A DNA stretch of 64,000 bases from Minisyncoccia bacterium (GTDB lineage Bacteria > Patescibacteriota > Minisyncoccia > Phycocordibacterales > UBA918), in assembly GCA_047639355.1 (NCBI GenBank), contig JBLIOC010000001.1:3215-67214 (forward strand), in the 5' to 3' direction. The notes below the pieces were generated by a model. The model made no database searches and had not been told where the DNA came from. It worked only from the letters and a program-made list of their open reading frames with translations. Below are positions 28,180-37,241 of this stretch, piece by piece. Position 1 is the stretch's first letter; each line of letters starts with the position of its first letter. The translations under genes were made by a program, and so were the position numbers.

Positions 28180-29733
28180 TTATTCGCTAACTTCTACTTC
28201 GTCTCCTTCGACTAAGCCCCGTGCATCAATAACGAAAGCATCATCTTTTGCAATACCTTTCATTACTTCAACAGAGCCTCCAAGAATATTACCCAGAGAA
28301 ACAGATTTACTTACTAATTTGCCATCTTCTACAATAAATACAGAGCCGTTACTTCGGTCAAACTTCACGGCAGTGAGTGGTACCTGGATGGTGTCAGTAG
28401 ATGTTATCTCAGCATCAAACTGCTTTGTTATCCGGACGGTGTCACCGTTTGTCAGATTTGCATCTTCTGTTGCAATTCTAACTTCAGTCTTCCTGGTAAC
28501 AGAATCCACCGCTGGTGCGATTTCTGTGACTGTTCCGACAATTGTTCCTTCCACTAATACTGAATCTCCTTTAGCTAAAAGATTTTTTTCCGAGTCACTA
28601 ATATAGGTGATTACTTCCAACGCATTGTTGTTGGCTACTATAGCTACTTCTGCAAAAGAATTAATGAAGTCACCGGTTCGGATAGGCAGAGCATTTACTG
28701 TTCCACTGATTGGTGTTCGTAAAATAGTTTTTGCTAGGTTAGCTTGTGCTGCCCCAAGGGCTCCAAGTGCTTGTTTTACTTGAGCATCAGCAACAGATAT
28801 GACTCCACCGACAGCCGCTAGTTCAGCACGACGTACTCCGTCAGCAGATGACGAAAGACCAGTTAATGAAGTATCAAGGCTAGATTGTGTTTCGATTAAA
28901 GTTGATCGTAAATTTGTAAAAGAATTACTAAAACCTTGCAATTCAGTATCAGTATATCGTTTTGAATTATCATGTTGATTAAAAATTTCCAGAAATGTAT
29001 CTATGAAATTAATTGTGCGCTCAACATTTTGCTTTGCATAACCTAACTCTGTTTCTAAGTTAGAGTTGCTAGATATTACGTTGACTTGATTTTGCCATGT
29101 TGGTAAAAGTGTTTGATAAGCAACTCGTTCATCATTTAATTCACTCGTAAAACCTCTCCCACTTATTCGTAAGCCAGGAATTCTACTATTAGGATTTGCA
29201 AAAAAGGAATCAATTGAATTTACTACTACCCCGTTAGTTGTGTTGTAGGCAGACTTAAATGCTGAAACAGCCGTGTCTTGTGTTCGTTTTAGTGAATTTT
29301 TTGCTTCGTCTAAACCAACTCCACTTTGGGCTGCTGCAGCGACCGCAGCGTCATATATTCCTTCTGCTTGAAGTACAGAAGCACGTTCAGAGGCATTTTC
29401 AAGTGTTGCAAGAATTGTGCCGGCAGGTATTTGCTGACCTAGATTGACGTTCACAGCAGTCAAGCTCCCAGCTCGTTCAGAAGTAACTTCAGCTTCGGAG
29501 AATGCGCGTACATTTCCAATCAAAGAAATTGACTGACCCCCAGAATATTTTATGGGTGTAGTTAGGGTCACTATTGGCTTTTGTTGGACAACCAAGTCAT
29601 TTTTTGCAATAGGGTCACCTTTTAAAATCACTATTAACACAACGATTCCCAAAAAAACCACAGCTCCGTGTATTGTTTTACGGTTAATAAATAATTTAAG
29701 TCGTTCTGTTATTTTCATAAGATTTTGTTTCAA
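28180..29733 (-). CDS. RND periplasmic adaptor (membrane fusion protein)
   Basis: N-terminal TM, lipoyl halves (LRTPISGTV), long coiled hairpin, VPLTAV. Confidence 0.88.
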   Translation of the reverse strand: MKQNLMKITERLKLFINRKTIHGAVVFLGIVVLIVILKGDPIAKNDLVVQQKPIVTLTTPIKYSGGQSISLIGNVRAFSEAEVTSERAGSLTAVNVNLGQQIPAGTILATLENASERASVLQAEGIYDAAVAAAAQSGVGLDEAKNSLKRTQDTAVSAFKSAYNTTNGVVVNSIDSFFANPNSRIPGLRISGRGFTSELNDERVAYQTLLPTWQNQVNVISSNSNLETELGYAKQNVERTINFIDTFLEIFNQHDNSKRYTDTELQGFSNSFTNLRSTLIETQSSLDTSLTGLSSSADGVRRAELAAVGGVISVADAQVKQALGALGAAQANLAKTILRTPISGTVNALPIRTGDFINSFAEVAIVANNNALEVITYISDSEKNLLAKGDSVLVEGTIVGTVTEIAPAVDSVTRKTEVRIATEDANLTNGDTVRITKQFDAEITSTDTIQVPLTAVKFDRSNGSVFIVEDGKLVSKSVSLGNILGGSVEVMKGIAKDDAFVIDARGLVEGDEVEVSE

Positions 29734-29832
29734 GCGGGTTATTTTCGATGGAAATTACCATAAAAAATTCTTTTTGTATATAACCCTCAGGGGTTTTAAC
29801 TCTAGTACGCACTGTATGGTACAATCTTGCAC

Positions 29833-30150
29833 ATGTTTGGAAAAATTAAAAACTTTGCGATGAAGAAGATTCTTCAGAAGCAAATGAAAAATGTACCAGA
29901 GGACCAGCAAAAGATGATAATGGAAATGTTGGAAAAAGATCCAGTTTTGTTCGAGAAGATTGCCAAAGAAATGCAAGTAGAACTCAAGGCTAATGGTAAT
30001 AATCAAATGGCTGCTGCTACCAAAGTTTTGCCAAAGCACCAAAAAGAAATTATGGCCGTTATGAGTCCTGAAATGAAGGAAAAGTTGATGAAAATGCAAG
30101 GTGGCGGAGGAGCTGGACAATTTAATCCCAATGGAAGCATTCGTAGGTAA
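29833..30150 (+). CDS. Met/Lys/Gln-rich helical hypothetical protein
   Basis: coherent ORF, -10 TACAAT 7 nt upstream, downstream hairpin. Confidence 0.7.
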   Translation: MFGKIKNFAMKKILQKQMKNVPEDQQKMIMEMLEKDPVLFEKIAKEMQVELKANGNNQMAAATKVLPKHQKEIMAVMSPEMKEKLMKMQGGGGAGQFNPNGSIRR

Positions 30151-30233
30151 GGTCCAAAATAGACAACTAAACTCGTCTAGTAATCAACAGGGTGCGGGCT
30201 TTGCTCGCGCCTTTCTGAGTTATAATATTTAAC

Positions 30234-30815
30234 ATGCAACCAAAAAAGATTGTGATTATTTGCGGTCATCCAGACGCGGATACTTTTACTGGCGGATTAT
30301 TAGACCACTACCAAGCTGCTGCTGAGGAGGCGGGTCACGAAGTAAAGCGTTTTAACTTAGGAGAACTACAATTCGACCCAATTCTTCATAAGGGTTATAA
30401 AGAAATTCAATACCTTGAACCGGACTTAATAACACTGCAAGATGCAATTCGTGAATGCGAACATCTAGTGATTGGTTACCCTAACTGGTGGTGCACAATG
30501 CCAGCTATTCTCAAAGGACTGTTTGACCGTTTCTGGTTACCAGGTTTTGCCTTCAACTGCAATAAGGAAACAAATAAAATTGATAAACATTTAAAAGACA
30601 AAACAGCACGTGTTTATAGTCTGTCTGGGTCTAACAGTCCCTTCTATACTTGGTGGCGTTTTGGTGATTATACTAACGAAATTCAGTACGGTATCCTTGA
30701 ATTCGCAGGCATTAAAACTACCGTCACAACTTACGGCCCTACAGAAAAAGTCACTGATAAACAACGTACGACTTGGTTAAAGCAAGTTGACTGTCACGGG
30801 AAGCGGGGTATCTAG
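30234..30815 (+). CDS. NAD(P)H-dependent oxidoreductase (flavodoxin-2 fold)
   Basis: ICGHP, YPNWWCTMPAILKGLFDR. Confidence 0.9.
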   Translation: MQPKKIVIICGHPDADTFTGGLLDHYQAAAEEAGHEVKRFNLGELQFDPILHKGYKEIQYLEPDLITLQDAIRECEHLVIGYPNWWCTMPAILKGLFDRFWLPGFAFNCNKETNKIDKHLKDKTARVYSLSGSNSPFYTWWRFGDYTNEIQYGILEFAGIKTTVTTYGPTEKVTDKQRTTWLKQVDCHGKRGI

Positions 30816-30912
30816 CTTGACATCAACTGTATTTAGTGTATATAAATCAAGGTAAAGTTCAGTATCTTGCTGAGCTTCTGTAATTTAACATACACAACCG
30901 TGGGAGGTTGCT

Positions 30913-31248
30913 ATGGGTACTAAAAAAACTTTAGGTTTAATTCTTTTGCTCGGATTACTGTTACAAATCGGATGCGCTGTTCTTCCGCTACATAGCACAA
31001 ACCAAACTGGTGTGCAGCAAAAACAACGTTCTAATGCTCACGCACAGGTCGCGGGTGAAGCGCATATCATAGCAGTCGGCGTTCTCGCACGAAAACTTCA
31101 GAGTGAGCAGCTCTGTATTGGTGGTCTTACTGAAAAGAGTAGTGATCCAAAAGTCAACATCAGTATGGGTATTACCGATGATGCTGGTAACGTTACCTGG
31201 CTTAGCAGCAGCAGTACTAGTCGTGAAACTACATGTTCATTTAAGTAA
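30913..31248 (+). CDS. putative lipoprotein
   Basis: signal with lipobox-like LQIGC; SD GGGAGG. Confidence 0.65.
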   Translation: MGTKKTLGLILLLGLLLQIGCAVLPLHSTNQTGVQQKQRSNAHAQVAGEAHIIAVGVLARKLQSEQLCIGGLTEKSSDPKVNISMGITDDAGNVTWLSSSSTSRETTCSFK

Positions 31249-31261
31249 TCGGGAGGATGCT

Positions 31262-31510
31262 ATGAAGCTTGAAATGTTTCTGTTAGCAGTTCTACTCCTG
31301 ACAGGCTGTGCCAGTCAGGGGGCGTATTTCGAAAGCGATATTCCTGGACTAGCGACAGTAATGATGAATGGCTACAATGTTCCTTTAGCCAAATGTGGAC
31401 CTGGTGAAACCGCAACGTTATCTGGAGATGTTACTTCTAAAAAAACCCGGATTAATCTTAATAGAGAGAGATTGGAGTATCATATTATTTGCCGATCTAC
31501 AAGCAAATGA
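31262..31510 (+). CDS. putative lipoprotein
   Basis: MKLEMFLLAVLLLTGC lipobox; SD GGGAGG. Confidence 0.7.
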   Translation: MKLEMFLLAVLLLTGCASQGAYFESDIPGLATVMMNGYNVPLAKCGPGETATLSGDVTSKKTRINLNRERLEYHIICRSTSK

Positions 31511-31543
31511 GCGCTGTATACATAATATACAGCGTTCTTTTTT
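31509..31543 (+). terminator. intrinsic terminator
   Basis: GAGCGCTGTATA-CATAA-TATACAGCGTTC plus T run. Confidence 0.75.
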
Positions 31544-31591
31544 ATATCCAACTTTTTCCCGTTTGGTCTAGCGTGTTATTATCTTTAAATT

Positions 31592-32431
31592 ATGCAAAAA
31601 TCTTTTTTACGAGAAACAGCAGGTGTGATTATGCGCGCTGCAGTAGTAGTTCTAACAATCGTAGTTGTACTTCTTTCAATTTCTGCCCTCTATGAAGTTG
31701 AGCTTGGCATTAGTGATGGTAGCTGTAACATTGCCGTTTTACCGATAGAGGGAGCAATTCTCCCGTACCACGGTTTAGCTGGTTACGATTTGGTAATATC
31801 ACCAGAAGCGGTGGGATCATTCATGGCTACAGTAGAAGAAGACGGAAATATTCACGGAGTGATGATTGAAATTAATTCGCCCGGTGGTACCCCAGTTGCT
31901 TCAGAAAGGATTGCTGAACGTTTACGAAATAGTCCCCTCCCAGTTGTTGGACTTGTTGGAGACATTGCTGCTTCTGGTGGGTACATGGTGGCGGCCGCGA
32001 GCGACTATTTGATTGCATCACCAATGTCAGACATTGGAAGTATAGGTGTCACGATGTCATATATTGAAGAGTCTAAAAAGAATGAAGAGGAAGGACTTAC
32101 GTACGTCCAGTTAACAACTGGGGAGTATAAAGACATTGGAAGCCCAAACCGTCCAATTACAGATAGTGAACGAGAACTTTTGCAGACTGACTTAGAAACC
32201 ATACATGATGAATTTGTGAGTATAGTGGCTGAATATCGAGATATGGAAGTATCGGAGGTTGATGCACTTGCGGACGGATCTACTATGCTAGGGCAACGGG
32301 CGGTTGATGCAGGATTGATTGACTCACTTGGTAGTCGAGCAGAGGCGAAGTCTATTTTTGCTGAAATTCTGGAAACAGACATTGAGAATATTAGTTTCTG
32401 TGAGTATAAAAATTCATTTTTACCCTTTTAG
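31592..32431 (+). CDS. sppA: signal peptide peptidase (S49)
   Basis: INSPGG, AASGGY, GSIGV, GEYKDIGSP. Confidence 0.92.
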   Translation: MQKSFLRETAGVIMRAAVVVLTIVVVLLSISALYEVELGISDGSCNIAVLPIEGAILPYHGLAGYDLVISPEAVGSFMATVEEDGNIHGVMIEINSPGGTPVASERIAERLRNSPLPVVGLVGDIAASGGYMVAAASDYLIASPMSDIGSIGVTMSYIEESKKNEEEGLTYVQLTTGEYKDIGSPNRPITDSERELLQTDLETIHDEFVSIVAEYRDMEVSEVDALADGSTMLGQRAVDAGLIDSLGSRAEAKSIFAEILETDIENISFCEYKNSFLPF

Positions 32432-32471
32432 TGAACATAGTGTACAAACTCAGAAAAAATGGTATATTCAT

Positions 32472-32580
32472 TGGGTGAGGGGTGACCAACACATGTGCAG
32501 ATTATCTTGTCTTAGCTCCCGCACCCACTAGGCTAATACATAACCTCTGGTAATATGCCCATACTGGCATCCCTCACACA
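32472..32580 (+). ncRNA. candidate structured ncRNA (long imperfect rod)
   Basis: GTGAGGGGTGACCA pairs with TGGCATCCCTCAC, with further internal helices; extended -10 upstream and hairpin downstream. Confidence 0.5.
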
Positions 32581-32581
32581 T

Positions 32582-32608
32582 GACCCGCTTTTTGTCGGGT
32601 CTTAATTT
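32582..32608 (+). terminator. probable terminator
   Basis: GACCCG...CGGGTC followed by TTAATTTT. Confidence 0.5.
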
Positions 32609-32622
32609 TAATAATTCATTAT

Positions 32623-33723
32623 ATGTCATTATCTGTCGGTATTGTAGGACTTCCTAATGTTGGTAAGTCAACGCTTTTTAATGCTCTTACCAAAAATTCA
32701 GTGCCGATGGAAAATTACCCGTTTTGTACAATTGACCCAACTGTTGGAGTAGTAGCGGTACCCGATGCCCGACTAGCCACTCTGTCAGCTATTTCTGCCT
32801 CAAAAGAAATTTTGCCAGCCATAGTAGAGTTTGTAGATATCGCAGGTCTTGTGAAAGGCGCGTCGACTGGAGAAGGTTTAGGTAATAAATTCCTCGCAAA
32901 TATTCGTGAAACCAACATGATTGCCGAAGTGGTGCGTATTTTTGAAGACGGAGATATTCACCACGTATCTGGCGGAGTTGATCCGATGGGAGACATTGAA
33001 GTAATTAACTTGGAGTTAATAATGGCTGATGGTGAGACTGTGTCCAAGCGCCTTAACAGTGTCGAGAAAGAAGTTAAGCGTGGCGATAAGACTGCATTAG
33101 ACGAAAAGGAGGCATTAGAAAAATTGCTAACACACTTAGAGGCGGGACAGCTTGCTAACAGTCTTGAGCTAACCGACGAAGAGAGTGTGTTGCTAAAAGG
33201 CCTTCATTTGCTTACGATAAAACCTTTTCTATATATCTGCAACAAAAAGCAAGACTCGTTTAATCTAGATGAACAGGACGATGAGCGTTGGCATAAACTG
33301 CTCGAATTCTTTGAAAAGAGCGGTTCCGAATATGTGATGGTTGATGCTGGCATGGAACACGAACTAAAAGATCTGCACGATGATGAGAAGAATGAATTTC
33401 GCCGCGAGTACGGAGCGCAAGGCAGTGGGGTAGAGTCGCTTATTCGAGCTTGTTATAACCGACTTGGTTTAATGAGTTATTTTACAACTGGAGAAGAAGA
33501 GACTCGTGCTTGGACCGTACCGATTGGTAGTACTGGCCCAGAAGCTGGTGCGGCAATTCATAGTGATTTCCAAACTAAATATATACGTGCCCAAGTTGTA
33601 ACTTTTGAGGACCTAGTAGCAGCTGGCTCAAGGTCTGTTGCTCGAGACCAGGGAAAATTGCGCACTGAAGGGAAGGGGTATACCGTTCAAGACGGAGACG
33701 TAATTGAATTTATGCATTCGTAA
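32623..33723 (+). CDS. ychF: redox-regulated ATPase YchF
   Basis: GIVGLPNVGKSTLFN, NYPFCTIDP, DIAGLV, TGS domain. Confidence 0.97.
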   Translation: MSLSVGIVGLPNVGKSTLFNALTKNSVPMENYPFCTIDPTVGVVAVPDARLATLSAISASKEILPAIVEFVDIAGLVKGASTGEGLGNKFLANIRETNMIAEVVRIFEDGDIHHVSGGVDPMGDIEVINLELIMADGETVSKRLNSVEKEVKRGDKTALDEKEALEKLLTHLEAGQLANSLELTDEESVLLKGLHLLTIKPFLYICNKKQDSFNLDEQDDERWHKLLEFFEKSGSEYVMVDAGMEHELKDLHDDEKNEFRREYGAQGSGVESLIRACYNRLGLMSYFTTGEEETRAWTVPIGSTGPEAGAAIHSDFQTKYIRAQVVTFEDLVAAGSRSVARDQGKLRTEGKGYTVQDGDVIEFMHS

Positions 33724-33738
33724 CACCGGAGGTCACAA

Positions 33739-33906
33739 GTGGCTGCAAGGTTATCGAAAGTTTTAAGTAAACGCTTTTTTGATTGGCGTGACGGAATACT
33801 CATCCCTAAAGGGTGACCAGGTTGCTTATATGGCATTGGGTGCCTTGGCAACGATGGAATACGTAAGGATCAAGAAATTACTTTCATTCCGAAAGTGAAA
33901 AAGTAA
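33739..33906 (+). other. 55-codon ORF with an in-frame TGA (recoded gene or pseudogene)
   Basis: SD GGAGGT, GTG start, MAARLSKVLSKRFFDWRDGILIPKG*PGCLYGIGCLGNDGIRKDQEITFIPKVKK, TAA next to a terminator. Confidence 0.4.
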
Positions 33907-33908
33907 TT

Positions 33909-33942
33909 AAACCCTGATTTGCGCAAGCAAGTAAGGGTTTTT
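33909..33942. terminator. bidirectional terminator
   Basis: AAACCCT-G-ATTTGC-GCAA-GCAAGT-A-AGGGTTT. Confidence 0.7.
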
Positions 33943-33944
33943 AG

Positions 33945-34214
33945 CTAACTCAATTCTCCTGGAGGGTTGACTCTCTGTACTGGGCTGACAATATTAGGAT
34001 CCCATTTAGCGTCAATTTCTCCGTGCTTAGTTTCAAATTCCTTAACTTGATGAGACAGGTACTGTTCCAAACGCTTTGCGTGTTGCGGAGTAAGGGTATA
34101 AATAGAGCCTTGGTTACCAGAAGTTAAACCAACAACAAAGTATTCAGGGGTAAAGGCAACGTTAATACTTTCACAGAACAGCTTTGGAGCTTTTTTCAAA
34201 TCTTCTTGTTTCAT
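33945..34214 (-). CDS. DUF3467-like small protein
   Basis: FCESINVAFTPEYF...LTPQHAKRL...FETKHGEI pattern. Confidence 0.7.
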   Translation of the reverse strand: MKQEDLKKAPKLFCESINVAFTPEYFVVGLTSGNQGSIYTLTPQHAKRLEQYLSHQVKEFETKHGEIDAKWDPNIVSPVQRVNPPGELS

Positions 34215-34320
34215 TAATGTAGTATACAACAAATCTATTTTCAAACTAGATTACTGCACAGAAAGTTTACACATCCTGAAATCAATGGCAAAATAAGGTC
34301 TTATTCGTTGGTAAATTTAG

Positions 34321-37170
34321 ATGTTTATGCATAAGCGTTTTAAGCACAATGAAATAGAGGAGAAGTGGCAGACTAAGTGGAAAACTGACAAACTTTACCG
34401 AACCACAAACAACTCTGCCAAGCCAAAAGCTTATGTGCTTGACATGTTCCCGTACCCATCTGGTGAAGGTCTACATGTAGGACACCCTAAGGGATATATC
34501 GCCACCGACATCTATTCCCGGTTCAAGCGCATGACTGGCCACGAAGTTCTTCACCCAATGGGTTTTGATGCTTTCGGCTTACCGGCTGAAAACTATGCGA
34601 TTAAAAACAAAGTGCACCCACGAGAGGCAGTAGAAACAAATGTTGCTCGTTTTAAGGAACAGCTTGAGGTTCTAGGTTTTGATTATGATTGGGATAGAGA
34701 AGTAAACACCACTGACCCTGAATACTACAAGTGGACACAGTGGATTTTCATACAGCTTTTCAAAAAAGGATTGGCATACGAAAGTTATGAGCCAATCAAC
34801 TGGTGCCCCGGCTGTCAGACTGGCTTGGCAAACGAAGACTTGGAAGCAGACGGCACTTGTGAGCGTTGTGACTCAGTTGTAGAAAAACGACCGATGAGAC
34901 AATGGGTTTTAAAGATTCGCGAGTATGCTGACCGAATGCTTGAGGATTTAAACACGTTAGACTGGCCTGAACATATAAAAGAGGCCCAGCGCAACTGGAT
35001 AGGGCGCTCTGAAGGCGCAGAAATCGACTTTGAGCTGTCTGTAGGTGAAAAGCTATCAGTATTCACAACCAGACCAGATACTCTCTACGGAGCGACTTAC
35101 ATGGTAATTGCTCCAGAGCATAAGCTTGTTCAAAAATACAAAGAACAAATCACTAACTGGACGGAAGTCGATACCTACATCACAGAGGTGAAAGACAAGA
35201 AAGAGATGGACAGACTGGATGACACTAAGGAAAAGACAGGGGTAAAACTAGAAGGAATCACAGCAACAAACCCAGCTAGCGGAGAAGAGATTCCTGTATA
35301 CATCGCAGACTACGTACTAGCAAGCTACGGAACAGGAGCGATTATGGCTGTTCCTGCCCATGATGAGAGAGATAATGCTTTCGCTAAGAAGTTTGGGATT
35401 CATATCAAACAAGTCGTAACTACAATTTTTAACCATAATTCTGAACGTGATGAAAAGGTAAGACGTGGTGTATATGCACTACTTGAGAATGATGATGATG
35501 AGTATTTGATTCAACAAATTACCCTGCCTGCAAAGAATGGTGATGGTGCTTTCTATTGGCTACCTGGAGGAGGTGTAAACGAAGGTGAAAATGATACGGA
35601 TACTCTAAAAAGAGAAGTTTTGGAAGAAACAGGATATCTTGATTTTTGTGTCAAAGAAAAAATTACTAGGGTTCTATATGACTACTCCGATGGAGCACCA
35701 AGACAAGGTAGAAAGGTTGTTGACGTTTACCATGTAAAACTAAAAAGTGAGAAGAGGGAAGAAATTCAATTAGACGAAGACGAAATTAAATGGGGTCTCG
35801 AATCACAATGGGTTAAAAAAAGTGATCTGCAAAGCACTCTAAAAAATGGATCTCCCGAACGATCAAAATTGATACAGTTTGTTGTTGATGTACACAACGG
35901 TCTGGTTTCTACACAATCTGGAGAACTAATGAACTCAGAAAAATTTGATGAAATGACTTCTAAAGAAGCAGGCAAAGCCATTGTAGAAAAAGTTGGTGGA
36001 CGAATGACTACTACTTATAAGATTAAAGACTGGGTATTTTCTAGACAACGTTATTGGGGAGAACCGATTCCAATAATTCACTGTGAGAAGTGTGGACCTG
36101 TTGCTGTGCCAGAAAGTGAACTTCCTCTCGTCCTGCCTGAGGTTGAGAACTACGAGCCAGCTGGTGACGGACAATCTCCTCTCTCCAACATTGATGAGTG
36201 GGTAAACACTACTTGTCCGGCTTGTAACGAACCTGCAAAACGAGAAACCAACACCATGCCACAATGGGCGGGTTCTTCGTGGTACTACTTGCGATACATG
36301 GATCCTAACAATGATAAGGCGTTAGTTTCGAAGGAAAATGAAAAGTATTGGGCACCAGTTGATGTCTATGTAGGAGGTGATCACGCTGTTCGTCATCTTA
36401 TTTATGCTCGTTTCTGGCACAAATTTCTTTACGATATTAATGTCGTAAGTACTATCGAACCGTTTCAACGACTCGAATTTCTAGGTTTCATTCTCGCTGA
36501 AGACGGACGAAAAATGAGTAAGCGGTGGGGTAACGTAATCAACCCGGACGACATTGTAAAATTAGTTGGAGCTGATACGTTGCGCGTTTATGAAATGTTC
36601 ATGGGACCGTTCGAGAACGTTATCGCATGGAGTCAGGACGGTTTGGCTGGTTCTCGCCGCTTCTTAGAACGAGTGTATGGTTTGTCGCAACATATTCAGG
36701 ATGAAGAGCCAAAGGAAGTGACAACTCTACTGCACAAGACAATAAAGAAGGTTACAGATGATATTGAAGGTTTTAAGTTCAATACTGCAATTAGTGCGAT
36801 GATGATATTACTTAATCAGGCTGAAAAGACAGGTATTAGTAAGGAAGGGTACAGGTCATTTCTTAAATTTTTGGCCCCTTTCGCTCCGCATCTAACTGAG
36901 GAGTTGTGGGCGGAAAATGGAAATATGACCAGTGTTCATACAGACGACTGGCCAGTTTACATCTCTAGTTTGGCCCAAGATGATGTGGTAACTATTGGCG
37001 TCCAGATCAATGGCAAAATGCGTGGAGAAATTTCTATTTCCCCAAAAGCAACACAGGTAGAAGCAATGGAAGAAGTTGGTGGAAATCAGTCTCTTTTGGC
37101 AAAGTTTGATAGCGCTAAAATTAAAAAAATAATCTATGTTCAGGGTAGAATCATCAATCTCATAATTTAG
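34321..37170 (+). CDS. leuS: leucine--tRNA ligase with an inserted NUDIX domain
   Basis: MFPYPSGEGLHVGH, VFTTRPDT, GTGAIMAVPAHD, SRQRYWGEPIP, KMSKR; NUDIX box near 35570-35640. Confidence 0.97.
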   Translation: MFMHKRFKHNEIEEKWQTKWKTDKLYRTTNNSAKPKAYVLDMFPYPSGEGLHVGHPKGYIATDIYSRFKRMTGHEVLHPMGFDAFGLPAENYAIKNKVHPREAVETNVARFKEQLEVLGFDYDWDREVNTTDPEYYKWTQWIFIQLFKKGLAYESYEPINWCPGCQTGLANEDLEADGTCERCDSVVEKRPMRQWVLKIREYADRMLEDLNTLDWPEHIKEAQRNWIGRSEGAEIDFELSVGEKLSVFTTRPDTLYGATYMVIAPEHKLVQKYKEQITNWTEVDTYITEVKDKKEMDRLDDTKEKTGVKLEGITATNPASGEEIPVYIADYVLASYGTGAIMAVPAHDERDNAFAKKFGIHIKQVVTTIFNHNSERDEKVRRGVYALLENDDDEYLIQQITLPAKNGDGAFYWLPGGGVNEGENDTDTLKREVLEETGYLDFCVKEKITRVLYDYSDGAPRQGRKVVDVYHVKLKSEKREEIQLDEDEIKWGLESQWVKKSDLQSTLKNGSPERSKLIQFVVDVHNGLVSTQSGELMNSEKFDEMTSKEAGKAIVEKVGGRMTTTYKIKDWVFSRQRYWGEPIPIIHCEKCGPVAVPESELPLVLPEVENYEPAGDGQSPLSNIDEWVNTTCPACNEPAKRETNTMPQWAGSSWYYLRYMDPNNDKALVSKENEKYWAPVDVYVGGDHAVRHLIYARFWHKFLYDINVVSTIEPFQRLEFLGFILAEDGRKMSKRWGNVINPDDIVKLVGADTLRVYEMFMGPFENVIAWSQDGLAGSRRFLERVYGLSQHIQDEEPKEVTTLLHKTIKKVTDDIEGFKFNTAISAMMILLNQAEKTGISKEGYRSFLKFLAPFAPHLTEELWAENGNMTSVHTDDWPVYISSLAQDDVVTIGVQINGKMRGEISISPKATQVEAMEEVGGNQSLLAKFDSAKIKKIIYVQGRIINLII

Positions 37171-37241
37171 AAAAATGTGGTATACTCAAAACATTGACCG
37201 ATTTAGGCTGATATGTTATAAACTAGGCCACGCATTGAAGA

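Noticed and set aside
31514-31532. CTGT...ACAG resembling an E. coli SOS box
   Set aside because: The spacer is 11 nt rather than 8, and it is the stem of a terminator
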